64,000 bases of DNA from Eledone cirrhosa (taxonomy: Eukaryota). The position numbers were made by a program, and so were the translations under genes. This document shows, piece after piece, positions 1-12,793 of the stretch. The stretch is taken from contig OZ024740.1 in NCBI GenBank assembly GCA_964016885.1, positions 331,948,001-332,012,000 on the forward strand. Direction: 5' to 3'. The notes below the pieces were generated by a model, which made no database searches, was not told where the DNA came from, and saw nothing but the letters and a program-made list of their open reading frames with translations. Each line of letters opens with the position of its first letter. The first letter of the stretch is position 1.

Positions 1-293
1 TTGTAGGGTTATTTTAAATCCCCAGTCGCGGAAGAAGCTGATTAATTGTTTCCGGACCCGATCTGTACTACTGGGGTTGTACCCTTTAAGGGTAAGGAGC
101 CCATCATTACGGTACAATCCACCACCGAATGCAGGAAACATATCAGTGAGTTTGGCTATTAGGAATAATCCTATAAGATCTGTGACCTCCGCCGAATCCG
201 TGGCGCCCATGCTGACGTCGAAGGGTGAGTCGGGAGCTCTTTTTATCCATTTAGAGTCGTCAAAGAGTAAGATTGTCTTCCTGGCGTGGAGGA

Positions 294-1301
294 TTATTTT
301 TCTTTCCTGGTCGGTGATGGGCACAAGTATTTCGGCGAAGTCCAAGGCGGCAGTAAGTAGCGGTAGGTGATTGAAGCATAGTAGCTCTCTATGTCGAACT
401 GTATGAATTTAGTGTCTCGTTTATCCTCCATATTGCTGAACCATGAGATTACTTCCTGGGTGTTGATCCATAGGCTAAGTCGGGCGTGTTGCTTGACTTT
501 TGGTATCACGCGGTCTAGGATTTTTTTGCTGATTCTCCCTATGTCGGACTTCGTTGGGTTAATAAGCCTGATAGAGGGTTTACGGTCAAAATCGGATTTA
601 TGGTCCTTCAGTGTGAAGTATGGTGTCCGTGGGTCTAGAGGCTCCGTGCGGTCGGCGACCCCGAGGCTGGAGGTAATTTGTTGTCCATCTCGATTTATGT
701 CCTCGATGCAAGAGTGGTTGGCCTTTTTATAGGTGGAGTTTAGGCTGCTCCTGATCAGTGTGTGGTATCTCTCAGGGTTGACAAAGTATAGGTTCCCAGT
801 TTTATCCGAATGCAACATGATGTCATTGGTGTTATCATACTCTGTTAAGTTGCTACGGAGTTTTTGTAGGAATCGGTTGTGTCTGGGTTTAAATTTAATG
901 TTCTTGACCAGTTGGAAGAGGTCATTCTCGAAGGGTGAGAGCAAGGGGTTCGGGGGCGGAGATTTGTAGGTAATAAATCCGAATCTCTCCTTGGTGCCGA
1001 AGTCCTGGTTGTCGCAATATCTGTCATAGAAAAAAGTTCTCCATCTAAGTCTTTTCGCAAATAGATCGATTTTTTGCGTGAGCATCCGAAGGTAAAGTTT
1101 TTTCGGTGGGATTGGGATGTTCTTGGTAGAGAAGTCAATGTTGTGTTTTCGCATGGTGCGGGTGAAATGAATTGAGCTTAGCGGAAAAGTCTGGATACGG
1201 CGTGGTAGAGCCGGAAAGTGCTCTACTACGGGAGTAGGAGCTAGATAACAAAGGAAATGTGGTAAGGAACCAGGTGGACCATAACGCACCAAAGTACTCA
1301 A
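294..1301 (-). pseudogene. PLE reverse transcriptase, N-terminal part (frameshifted near 340)
   Basis: PLE RT motifs as above; the reading frame breaks after YYASI. Confidence 0.85.
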
Positions 1302-1340
1302 TACTTGGGGTAGTAGAGTGGATAATAGGAACCAGTAAGA

Positions 1341-1432
1341 CCCCGACGGCTGAGCTCAAGCCGTTTCGACGGCTAATTCTGGACTAAATGAAAATTTATC
1401 CTGATATTTAGTTAGCCGATCTTCTCAAGGGG
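1341..1432 (-). ncRNA. Type I hammerhead ribozyme, U3-A8 core variant
   Basis: Minus strand: CCCC-TTGAGAA-GATCGGCTAA...TTAGCCGTC-GAAAC-GGCTTGAGCTCAGCC-GTC-GGGG. All three stems pair and the cleavage triplet is GUC. Confidence 0.85.
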
Positions 1433-1903
1433 TAATTCCATATATGGTCAAAGTGATTGTCAAAAGTCAGTAGTAATTCTGTGATTGCAAATTAGTAGGG
1501 GAGATGGTGGCTAAACCTGCCAGTAGGAGAAAGAGGGGAGGGGGTGTAGTAGACCCAATCAAGCGTTGGTAGTGCCAGCTACAGCTGGGCATGAGGTCAA
1601 AGAAGATACTGGGGAGGGGGAGGGGGAGGAAGTCGGAACGGTAGGTAGAACAATGAGGGGTAAAAATATATATGAAAGAAAAAATACTGAGAGTGAAGAA
1701 AAGCGAGTAAGTGTAAAGGAAAAAGTAAAGCAAGCTCTACGACCTAAGTCTCTAGCTATTGTTAGGCTAGATAAAAAAGAAGTAAAGAAAGAAATAAAGA
1801 AATAACGAAATAAGTAAATGAACTAGGTGGGACGGTATAGGCAAGGACTCTTTTAAGAGGTAGAAGTACGTAAATCATACGGTGACAGGCCGTCAATATA
1901 CTA

Positions 1904-3058
1904 ATGGAACGCGTCCAATCCACCGACCTACACTGCTTCGGGCTCACCACCACTGACATCCACCAACTCCTATCCATCGTAGTCGACAACACCTACTTCG
2001 GATTCCTTGACCAAATATACCAACAAACCTCGGGATTGCCCATGGGATCAAGTCTATCAGGTGTGCTAGCGATCTCCTACATGGACAACCTCGAACGAAA
2101 GGCTCTCAACGCCTGCCACCCCAACGCCGTAGCCTTTTTCTCAAGATACGTGGACGATATCCTCATCCTCACATCTTCCCAAGACACGGCGAACAGAATC
2201 TATGAGACGTTCAACAACACGGACGAGAACATTGACTTCAGTGTTGAACACGCCAACGAAGACGGGTCACTTGCCCTCCTCGACTTCCGAATCAACATCA
2301 CGGAACAAGGAGGGATCCACTGCAACTTCTACAGAAAGGCAGCCTGCAGGGACCTATTCGTTCACTACAAGTCCGCCCTCCCTAACAGTGCCAAAAGAGG
2401 ATACATCACGAACGAGATCGCGCGAATCAAAAACAGATGCAGCGATCCCGCCAGTGGTGTCACTCATACCAAGCGATTCCTCGAGGTGCTGGAGACGAAC
2501 GGGTACCCTACCTCGATCACAGACAGAATAGGAGACACCAGACGCAAGAGACAGAGAAGCACCCAAGGCAAGTGCTTCCTTAAAATGCCACACTTGGGCG
2601 AGAAAACCACCAACGCTATCCGCAAGGCTATACGGAGGGAGGGCCTCGACATCCACCTGGCCCACTCGGGCCCCTCCTTGCGAAGATGCCCCTCCAGAAA
2701 ACCCGAAAAATCTACTGACGCATGCTCCCTCAGAGACTGCCCGATACGCCATGCTAACTGTTGCCTACGCACATACGTCGTGTATAAGATAGAATGTGAC
2801 AGGTGCAACCAATACTACATAGGTAGCACAATTCGACCTTTGCACATCCGGATCAAGAAACACATTAAAACCAGGGCTTCGTCTTTCCGGAAACACATAG
2901 ACAAATGCGGAAACAAAGACGGAAGGCCCATTGTCACAATTCTAGCGACTGAAAGAAACGTCGGCACGTTACGTATTAAGGAAGCGCTTCTTATCAAACA
3001 ACTGCAACCGCAAATAAACAACCGATTAGAGAGAAGCGAAATGAAATGGCTGGTTTAA
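1904..3058 (+). CDS. PLE 2 (Penelope/Poseidon-type) RT plus GIY-YIG endonuclease, 5'-truncated but open
   Basis: QTSGLPMGSSLSGVLA, RYVDDI, LLDF and FYRK; endonuclease VVYKIECDRCNQYYIGST.R.L..RIKKH...IKEALLI...IN. Confidence 0.92.
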   Translation: MERVQSTDLHCFGLTTTDIHQLLSIVVDNTYFGFLDQIYQQTSGLPMGSSLSGVLAISYMDNLERKALNACHPNAVAFFSRYVDDILILTSSQDTANRIYETFNNTDENIDFSVEHANEDGSLALLDFRINITEQGGIHCNFYRKAACRDLFVHYKSALPNSAKRGYITNEIARIKNRCSDPASGVTHTKRFLEVLETNGYPTSITDRIGDTRRKRQRSTQGKCFLKMPHLGEKTTNAIRKAIRREGLDIHLAHSGPSLRRCPSRKPEKSTDACSLRDCPIRHANCCLRTYVVYKIECDRCNQYYIGSTIRPLHIRIKKHIKTRASSFRKHIDKCGNKDGRPIVTILATERNVGTLRIKEALLIKQLQPQINNRLERSEMKWLV

Positions 3059-3485
3059 GTTAACAAGCGATGCAACAACACACAACACACGCACACACAC
3101 ACACACGCAAACGAGACAACTACACACACACACACACACGCACACACACACACACACACAGTAGCATTCCACCATACGAACATACTACACTGCCAATACA
3201 GATGAACAAGGCAACAACACACGCACACACACACACACACACACACTCAAGCGAGACAACAACACACGCACACACACACACAGTAACATTTAACAAACAG
3301 GCAGAGAATGGACTGACAGCTAGCGCCATCCCACTCCCTCATTCGGTCGCTGACCTCTGTACGACCGACCCCATTTCACGCGCACGCGCGCTCGGCCGAA
3401 TACCTCAGATATTCAAATCAACAGACAGCGAAAGACGCGTTCCGAGTTGTCCGACAGACAACCTTTTCCCCCACCCCGAAAAAAA

Positions 3486-3521
3486 CCCCAGTTGATGGAT
3501 GTGAATCCGAAATATATAGGG
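3486..3521 (+). ncRNA. Degenerate minimal hammerhead-like motif
   Basis: CCC-CAGTTGA-T-GGAT gtga ATCC-GAAA-TATATA-GGG. The core differs from CUGANGA at two positions; the position is typical of a pLTR. Confidence 0.5.
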
Positions 3522-3739
3522 ACTATTAAATCTCTCCCAAGGTAACTCTCTCTCTTGTGTTGTTATTATTGTTTTTATTCTTTTACTCTTCCCTTCATTC
3601 TACACATCTCACACATCTTATACACACCACGCATCTCAACTTACACCCACTTACATATCTCTCTCTCCACCACCGGACCTTGTTACCCGGAGATTTACCC
3701 ATTTGCATTGTCGAGGCTTCCAAACGACTTATAAATATT

Positions 3740-3776
<37 letters not shown>

Positions 3777-4053
3777 GTTTACATATATATATATATATAA
3801 AGTCATAGATATATATTTGTTTTGCAACGGGTCACTTTGTGGCTCAATGAAGAATTAATAAATTAAATAATCAGAGCTATATATGCTATATATGCTGTAT
3901 TGGGCTGCGCTTTCTAGCAAAAAGCCTACAAGCCGTAAGCAACTAATCACATCCTTTCTAACTTGACCGCTGCCACGTCACGATTCTTAGCCATTTTTGA
4001 ATGTATTCTTGGCGCGATCACTTTGGAAAATTAATTGTCTAAATTTGAGCTAA

Positions 4054-4127
4054 CTCCTGAAGAGTCCGAAACTCTAGATATCCAATGTTATCGGATATCT
4101 TAAAATGCGGACGAAACCATGGTAGAG
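4054..4127 (+). ncRNA. Type I hammerhead ribozyme, canonical core, palindromic stem III
   Basis: CTC-CTGAAGA-GTCCG...CGGAC-GAAAC-CATG-GTA-GAG, with an extra hairpin AGATATCC/GGATATCT inside loop II. Confidence 0.88.
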
Positions 4128-4422
4128 GTAACTAAATATGTTCACTTTTCTTCTAGTTTATTTTACACCTAATTCTGTTTAGTTGACTGTATATCTGGTC
4201 GATTTATACACGCTGTCGAAATACTCGATAAATACCCCGTCGCAACCGCCGCAAAGGGCTGCTTTCGGTTATTTGTCGGAGATTTCTTCATAAGAGCCTT
4301 TATTCTTATAGCTTGGTCTAATTGATTTTTATATGGTTAATTATGCTAATTGGGAGAGGAAACGGTATATATTTTATCTGGTGATCGTATAGGCATGTTT
4401 TATGATATATATATATATATAT

Positions 4423-4446
4423 ATTTGTGCCACGAGTGCCCGGAAG

Positions 4447-4519
<73 letters not shown>

Positions 4520-4533
4520 TACACACACACACA

Positions 4534-4567
<34 letters not shown>

Positions 4568-4606
4568 TGTGTGTGTGTGTATCTTCCGGGGACTCGTTAC
4601 ACAAAT
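4423..4606. repeat. Fold-back: ~30-bp inverted arms around (CA)n(TA)n(TG)n
   Basis: TTTGTGCCACGAGTGCCCGGAAGATAC ... GTATCTTCCGGGGACTCGTTACACAAA. Confidence 0.85.
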
Positions 4607-4609
4607 GAA

Positions 4610-7600
4610 AATAAAAATAAAAATCGTAACCAATATAAAACCCACAAATACAGTCACTTATAGTTTCCTAAACAGGAAAACTCTCTTTTAGCCACAATGA
4701 ATCTGGCAAAAGAACTATAAAAAACCATTCCAGTCATCAACCAACACCACCCTCCACTACAACCCCACTATATAATCTTCTATGTTTGCCATTAACAAAT
4801 AACCCCCCAAAACAATTAAAATAAACTACCCCTCTTGCCTCAATATTTTTGCTTAATTATCAAGGTGTCAGCTCTTCTACCAATACTCAAAAATGGAAGA
4901 TCAAATTTCTTGAGGATTGAGTTGATGACCATCCTAACCACATCAGTTTCTTCGTACTCACCGAAGCCCATTTTAATCCTCTACACTTGGAAGCCGAGGG
5001 TAAAGTGAAGAATTTCAAAGCTATCCGTGCAGAATGTGTTGGCAGAAGAAAGGACAGGACTGCCATTTTTGTACATTATTCTTTTTTGACAGAGTCTAAG
5101 GACATATGTTCCAATATATACTGTAAAGCAGTCATTGTGTGCAGTAAAACCAACAACTTAATAGTCGTTGAGCTCTATAGGTCACTCCAAACGCCACTAC
5201 CATGATTCAAGGAATGCCTCGACAGCATAAAGTGTTTCAGCCAACAGTGTAACCCTGGCAACATATTAATGATTGGGGACTTCAACCTCCTCTGTGTTGA
5301 CTGTCCGACAAACAGCTTGATACCAGGTTTTCCCACCTCAGCCCGGACGAGGAGGCAGTAGAATCGCTTCTTGACTTGGTGGATGAGTTTTTCCTGTCCG
5401 AATATGTGCTCGAACCAACAAGGTGCCAGAAAAACGTCTTATACCTAAAGTTCAGTAACCACAACGACACTATCGACAATATTGCAGTGGATAAACCTCT
5501 ACTCGCAAACCATAACATTCTCTGTGATCTGAGATTCCACCGTCCAAAACGCAAACCCATTGACATCGCTCCATTTCACCCATTCGACACCACGGATCTT
5601 CATAATGCAAACTGGGAAGCGATCAATCATGATCTTGCACATGTCAATTGGTCTTTCAAGAACACTCACACACCCATTAACATCAAAAGATGATGGCAGA
5701 CATTTGTAGACACTATAACAAATATTTGTGCAACACATACCCCACTAAGATCTGTACACAAATCTTAGTGCAGAATCTCTAGAAATAGAAGAACAATTAT
5801 CAGGAACATTAAAACAATTAACAAAATAATCAACAAACTGAAACACAACCTCCAAAACACCATGATGTCCATCATCAACAATCAACGAGCAACTGAGAAG
5901 GCCTGGGTCATTGAGAAGATTAAACTCAATCCCAAATGTTCTTTGCATTTGCGGAAAAACACAAAGTCACTGGTTCCACTGTTGGGCCCCTAATTGATGA
6001 AAATGGCACTCTCGAAGATAATGCTAAAACCATGGTTGAGATATTGCAAAAACAATACTGCTCTGTTTTCATCAATCCTGATATGGTTGATCTGCGCTGT
6101 ATCAGTGATGTTAATACCCAAATGACTATATCGGACATAACGTTTGGCGCCTCTGATGTCTTAGCAGCATTAAAATAAAATAAACACAATTCAGCAGTAG
6201 GCACCGATAGGTTCCCTGCTTGTGTCCTGAAAGTGTGTCAACACCAACTTGTATCTCCTATTGCTAATCTCTGGAAGAACTCACTGAATGCTGGATATAT
6301 ACCAGAAAGCTTACTATCCCAGTCTGCTGTCCCAGTTTTTAAAAAGGGAAACAAATCCCTTGTCGTGAATTACCGTCTGATCTCACGCGAATCTCGTATC
6401 ATTAAGGTATTTGAGAGGGTGTTGAGATCACGAATAACTAACTTTCTTGAAAGCAACAATCTGCTGAACTCCAACCAACATGGGTTCCGTAATGGAAGGG
6501 ATTGCCTAATGCAGTTACTGGATCACTTTGATGACATGTTGAGAGCTTTGGGAGAGGGCGGCTCCAACACTGATGTCATCTAACTTGATTTTAGGAAGGC
6601 CTTTGACAGAGTTGATGCCGACATTCTACTGAGGAAACTTTCCAACATTGGTGTCACTGGAAAGTTGCTGCAGTGGATCAATTGTTTCTTGTCAAAGAAA
6701 CATGTTATAGTCGGAGTACAATCCAGCCCAGCCAAAGCCAGTAGTGATGTTCCAAAAGACACTGTGCTGGGCCCACTTATTTTCATTATCTATATTAATG
6801 ACATTACTGACATCATCAAGCACAGCAGCATAAGAATCTTCGCAGATGATTCCAAGCTCCAGAAGGTCATCAATAGCGTGGGTGACCGGATATGCCTCCA
6901 ATCAGATCTACTGGCTGTTATCCAATTGGCGGAAAAGAACAAGGTGCTGCTGAACGAGGATTATTTTGAGTTAATCCACTTTGGAAAAGAGGTGTCCTGA
7001 AACTCCCATACACCCTTCCTTCAGGTGACACCCTCGTGGCATCCAACAACATTAGAGACTTGGATGTAATTGTGGACAACAGCATTAGCTGGGCCTCTCA
7101 TATAAACAGCGAAGTTGACATGGCCCACTGAACCTTCCAGTCGAGAGATATCCACACTATTATCCTTCTCCTCTCCACTTTTGCGCGACTCACCTTGAAT
7201 ACGTTTGTCCACTGTGGTCTCCCCACACGAAACAAAGTACATGAACATTGAAGCTCCTCAAAGGTCAATCATGAAAAAGATCGATTGCATGTGAAGAAAA
7301 ACTCAAACTATATTCTCTCTAACGCCGCCGTAACCGCTATATTATCTGCATGACGTGGAAAATATTCCATCAGCATTCCCCAAATGATGTTGGCATCACT
7401 TTTAAAGTACACCCAAGGCTTGGGCCCCGTGCTATCCGCCAACAGAAAAAAATCAAACTCACATCTCATAATAACAATAAGGCACAATTATTCCACCTCA
7501 ATTGGCCCCGCTCTCTTTAACATTACACCAAAGCACATTAAAACAGAAACAGACCCTATAAAGTTCAAGATATCTTTGGACAAATTCGTCCAAGAAATCT

Positions 7601-7754
7601 CGGATAAACCTCCTATACCTCGATATGTCACCGCAAACAATAACTCCCTTCTTGCGTAGGCCATGGTGTCCAAATCCTGGTTTGAAAGACTTCGCCAGGT
7701 GGTGCTATTAATTTAGACCTGGCCTGGGCTAATACTGGCCCAAACCTATCAAAG

Positions 7755-7757
<3 letters not shown>
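4610..7757 (+). mobile_element. Decayed CR1-group LINE (APE endonuclease + RT)
   Basis: Fragments LTEAHF, VELYRS, IGDFN, NYRLIS, NQHGFRNGRDC, DFRKAFDRV, VPKDTVLGPLIFIIYINDI and FADDSKL. Many stops and frameshifts; ends at (TA)n. The 5' boundary is approximate. Confidence 0.85.
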
Positions 7758-7821
<64 letters not shown>

Positions 7822-9288
7822 TGTGTGTTACTGTCATGACATGGACGTTTTTGTTTAATAATATTTATTAGTTATACATGTTTGTACATTGGTAGGGCAG
7901 CATATGGCTAAAATACCAAATAGAAGTTGTAAATGATAATAGTGGGTTTAAGAAACACAGAGTTGTCGATCTCTTTTTTGAGACAACCCATACTCTTTTG
8001 AATCGAGTTTTAGCCAATCGGACGTATAAGTAAAATCACACAACCGTGCTTTTCCATCTATTTGTTTAACAAGGACGAATTTGTATAATGTTTTCTCCGT
8101 TTTTAAAGGGAGCATTGTCTTTTTTGAAAGAGTGTTTTGCCCGTTTTCTTTCAGCTTAATCGAATATGCAAAGGCTCTTTGAACATCGATTATTCGATGT
8201 TCGCCATATGATAAAATATAGTATAGCCGTAATCACGTTGTCAGTCTGTCTATCATGGAATGTTTTCTTCTTTTTTTATATGGCATTATTGTTTGGGCTT
8301 TGGTGTTCATTACTTATTAACTGTATCGCTTTGAGCGACAAGGTAGGGGCCATTTTGTTGGTTTGTAGCTGGTAAGTTTGTTGTTTCCACCAACATACAT
8401 TTGATGCGATGCATTCTAACACATTCCCTTGTGAGGCACCGATTAAAATACAACGGACAACACTAATCAATGTGATCTACATTTCCAGTCGGTAGGGTAT
8501 TTTCAACGACCTAAGAACTAAAGTTCATTATGATATGTTTTTATTTCTCGTAACTTAGCGAGTCGTTAAGTATAGGTCGATAAAATACGTATCATTCTGA
8601 CATCAATCCGGGCTCGATATGGTTGACTAAAGCATTGAAGGCGCTGTCTTTCTTCTAACTTGCTTTCCAAAAAATATTTTAAAAATACATCAGGAAAAGT
8701 TGATGCGAATGTGAAACAAATGTGGAAGGAGGAATGTGTTTGAATGTATAACGAATTAGATGATTTTGAAATATACACAATACCTGATTGCAACTTTTAT
8801 GCATGTTGGCTTATATATGGTGAGGTGTCAAAGATACAGAAGGTGAAAAAGTGTGTCATTCTGAATGCGTTTCTTCCAACTCAAAAACAATAATAATAAA
8901 TCCAAGACATTGGAATAATCAATATTGGAATAATTACTTTTCCTTCATCGGGAAAAGAATTCTTTGGAATAAAGAGAAAATTTGAATACATATCATACAT
9001 ACCTTGTCTTTGCCAGATCCCATGGTGAACATTGTGTTGCATCGCTGAATTACTATATGAATATATCCCACTCAACGTATTAGGAATATGCGACGGTCTT
9101 ACTGACGCTGGGAATATCATGCTCGGAGAAGTGTATGAGTAAAATCGAATTATTTTAGCCGGGCTAGATTATATCCCCACACATTGAGATTTGGGCTTAA
9201 GTTTAATATATTTCATTACTTTTCTGAGTAGATAATTTACTAACATACCTTATCCTTTCATTAAGATGTGTACGTATTACAGATAATT

Positions 9289-9343
9289 GGTGCCCCAGCA
9301 TGGCCTCAGCCAGATGGCTGAAACAGGTAAAAGAGTAATAGAG
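9289..9343 (+). mobile_element. Short dispersed repeat, probable 3' end of a second SINE family (also at 22664-22723)
   Basis: GGTGCCCCAGCATGGCCTCAG.C.GATGGCTG.AACAGGTAAAAGAGTAA occurs twice in the window. Confidence 0.6.
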
Positions 9344-10967
9344 TAAATTAATTTTATAAATTGATATTAATTGCTCCATCATTATTGAGCAGATTTAGAC
9401 GTTTTTGGCTGCTATTTCCAGTGTCAATATAAGCCCGTCAGAGATATATAACTTTCTCCTGTCCTTTTAGCAGCCTCGAAAACCAGAATAATCATTAGAG
9501 TTTCTTTCCACTTCTTTGACTAAGTGCTATCAAAAATATATCTTGGACTATATTATCTAATGCATTCCTGCGCTTTTCGAAAGACATCATATATGCTACT
9601 TCATTTACTCGACATAAGTTTACCTATGTCTATAGATATGAAGCTCAATCTACACATATTTGCATTTGCATTTTTGTTCCTCATCTCACACGGCAGATAT
9701 ACTTTATTTTTAGATCAACCAAATTACTTTTTCTTTTATCCATCGAAATTATCTTTAAATATCTATACAATATTTTCATTTGGTTTAGTATGAAGTGTTG
9801 TTTTTTTAAGACAATATAGTTGTTTCAGTGATAAAACAAGTAATTTTAAGAAGTAATTATAGCTCTGCAGTAGCAACATATTCTTAAGATAGAATCTAAA
9901 GAACTTCAATGTAACCGGAGGCTACAAATGAAGTATTTCTAGAAGATAAAGTCACAATGGCTCGTTAAGCTCCATTTTGACAGTTTTTCTCATTAACTTG
10001 AACTGAGGGTGGTCTAAAGATTTTTTGTACTTTTTTTCTCCAATATGAAAAACGTGCAAATATTAAATATGAAGACGCGTTCAGGTGCCTTGTAGCTGCT
10101 GTCAGACTATGAACAAATGCTGTTGGGGAAATTACTTGAAATAGTCACTCAATTCGGGAATTTAAGTGAGAAGAGTTGATCACAATCATATTTAATAAGG
10201 CAATTCTTTTCAGAAGTTATTCCTTGATCTACTCCATTTTACTACTGTCAATCATCCAGGAAAGACGTCTGGTTAATATAGAATAGAAAAGTTGATATGA
10301 ATAATTGGAGCTAGTACACCTTGTTCTGAATATATTAAATTTGTCCAGTAATTTAAAATCAGAATATTTAACATTTTGCATTAGCAATTAAGTCAGAGTT
10401 TGGATCCGTATGAAGGTGGGGGCGGAAACTCACCAGACTTTTTTGTTTCATTATTTCTTTCTTCCTCACATAACTTTTTCACCAAGTTTGCGTTTTGCTT
10501 TCATGAAGATAGATAAGCACAAACAATTCTCAATAAGAAATCAAGGTTGATTTACTCAATTATTTGGTATGTTGGTCAATTTGGCAAAGCCATTGGACGC
10601 TCAGATATATGTTCCAATTACTTAGCCACTAAGGTCAAGTCTCACGGAGGTTTACTTTGTCGTTCATCGATTCGGAGTCGATAAAGAATGTACAAGCCCA
10701 TTGCTAGTACCTCGTCATTCTTTCCAGCTGTCGCACTTTCGTTGTTCCACAAAGTGAAAGAAGGAATTGTTAAGATGGTATATGCGTCTCTTTATGACTG
10801 TATGGACACCTAACAGTCTTAGGGAACACCTGAGATATACTTTCAAATCATACTAGATTTTGAGTGAGCGTCTCAGTTTTCTTGCTAACCTTTTTGATAT
10901 TTCAGTATTACATAGAAGAGGTGGGGTTGCTACATTCAAAGAGATACGGTTTATCTTTAAGGAGTAA

Positions 10968-11145
10968 AATAATTGTTTCTACTTTAGGCACAAGGCCAGC
11001 AATTACCCAGTACATGACTGGTACTTTATTTTATCGACCCCGTAAGGATGAAAGGCAAAGTTAACCTCGGCGGGATTACCAAGGACCATAACTCTATGCT
11101 GCAAAGCATGGTGCCCGACTCTACCGATACGACCAATCCACCGCC
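10968..11145 (-). mobile_element. tRNA-derived SINE with 18-bp TSD
   Basis: Matches the other SINE copies. TSD TTTAAGGAGTAAAATAAT at 10956-10973 and 11149-11166. Confidence 0.9.
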
Positions 11146-12735
11146 ATTTTTAAGGAGTAAAATAATAAAACAGCGTAAACTTGAAACGGAATAATCAGCT
11201 TTGATATGAATATTTCTGATGGGAGAAATATGTTATTGCATAGTCTAAAAAGACATTTGACTGAATTAGTCACTGATTTAAAATAGCTGTTTGTGTATTC
11301 GATACTTAGTAGCAATTCACATGTCAGGTTGTCTCCTTCCCTTTCAGCAAACCAGTATAGGAGACGTTGCAAACGTTCATAGCACTACCATTCCTCGATT
11401 CAAAATCTCACGAAAAACGTATTGTTTCCTTCTGTTGGCTACTCAAATTCATTTTGATTCAGCTTTAATAAAAGGGAAATTGCGGTATACCTTTTCCTAA
11501 AGACAGTTCACACAGCTCATTTTGAGCTTATATTTTGCACTTCAGCATTTTGTCGTGCTTGCCAATATAATGATCATATATATAAATCAATTGGCTTGGT
11601 TTAAACATAAATCAAAGCTTTTGGTTTTGTATCACACGCACAAATACATATCAGTGTAATATATTTGAACTTTTATGGAGAATTTGTTCTGAATCGTGTA
11701 GCAAAGAATTTAGGATAGGCGTTTTAATAATCAAATATATACCTAATCGGTCAAGCTGGTGTTCTATTGCGATTATTGATGAAATCTACTGGTGTGTAAC
11801 ATCAAATGTGTCGATCCAAAAGATGCAAGACCTGGTTAATATTGAAAATCAACAATCTGTAAGGGTTAAAACAAATATATTTCTAATGTGTAAACGTATT
11901 TAATTTCCTGAATACAACTTCACAACAATGAGAATAAATTTGTACTGTGGAATGTTTTTGAATGCAAGGAAGAAACAAATAAGAAACAATCAAACTCAAT
12001 CAGTCGTGGAGCCCATTTATAAGCATGTGTAAAAGAAATAATCAACTTGGTTCTCTATGAAATCGAAGTTATTTAGTTGCGCTTAAAAGGACTACAGTAT
12101 TCCAATATACATTAAACGTCACAAAAAAACAAAGATTCATAATGGTATGTTACTAAAGGTTTGCAGTTATATGCGCAATCATGGCTCTGAAGTTAATGAG
12201 TTTTGCAGCCATGTGCTTCTGGTTTCAGTTCCACCGCGTGCGCGCGTGTGTGTGTATGTGCGTGGATACTATGTTTCCATTTGTATTTGTAGTTACGTTT
12301 GTGTCTTTCTTTTTCACCCGAAATCTGGCAATTGAACAAAAAAGGAACAATAAAATATGTACCTAATTGGAAAGTATAAGAACAGGTGTCTATAAGGTTG
12401 ACTATATTAAGATGGTGGTGGACGACATGGCTGCTGTCTGATGACTGAAACCAGTAAAATAATACAAGGGAATATAAATGGTTATCGTTATTTTATTTCG
12501 TAATACAATCGGATAATTAAAAACGTACATGACACAAAGACTAATGGTATCGGTTTTAGAATATCGGGAGTTACTAGCAAAACTAATGTTATTCAAATAG
12601 AATTTGTCTAATGTTCTCTGCAAAATATTGTTACTCGCAGCGTGCAAAGCTCGGAGGTTGGATTTTTAGCTCTAATTTTTTTCATAAAGCTATCATAGGG
12701 CCACATGATAGTTCTATATTATACAATCAATCTCT

Positions 12736-12793
<58 letters not shown>

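Larger units (their letters stand above)
1..1900 (-). mobile_element. Penelope-like element 1 (Naiad-type), 5' pseudo-LTR plus N-terminal/RT region; runs off the window start
   Basis: ORF 294..1301(-) has HSDKTGNLY (DKT form of the DKG motif), YFTLKDHK, RLINP and FDIESYYASI. After a frameshift, 1-290(-) reads FDVSMGATDSAEVTDLIGL and GLYRNDGL. 1302-1900 holds an HHR and a remnant of the C-terminal end (LTACH), i.e. a pseudo-LTR. Confidence 0.88.
1904..3735 (+). mobile_element. Penelope-like element 2 with 3' pseudo-LTR ending at (TA)n
   Basis: The ORF is followed by a CA-rich UTR, a degenerate HHR at 3486-3521, AAG/GTAACT donor-like site near 3541, then (TA)n. Confidence 0.8.

Noticed and set aside
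8881-9120. Possible minus-strand host exon ending at AAG/GTATGT near 9003
   Set aside because: The peptide is unrecognisable and no partner exons can be supported.
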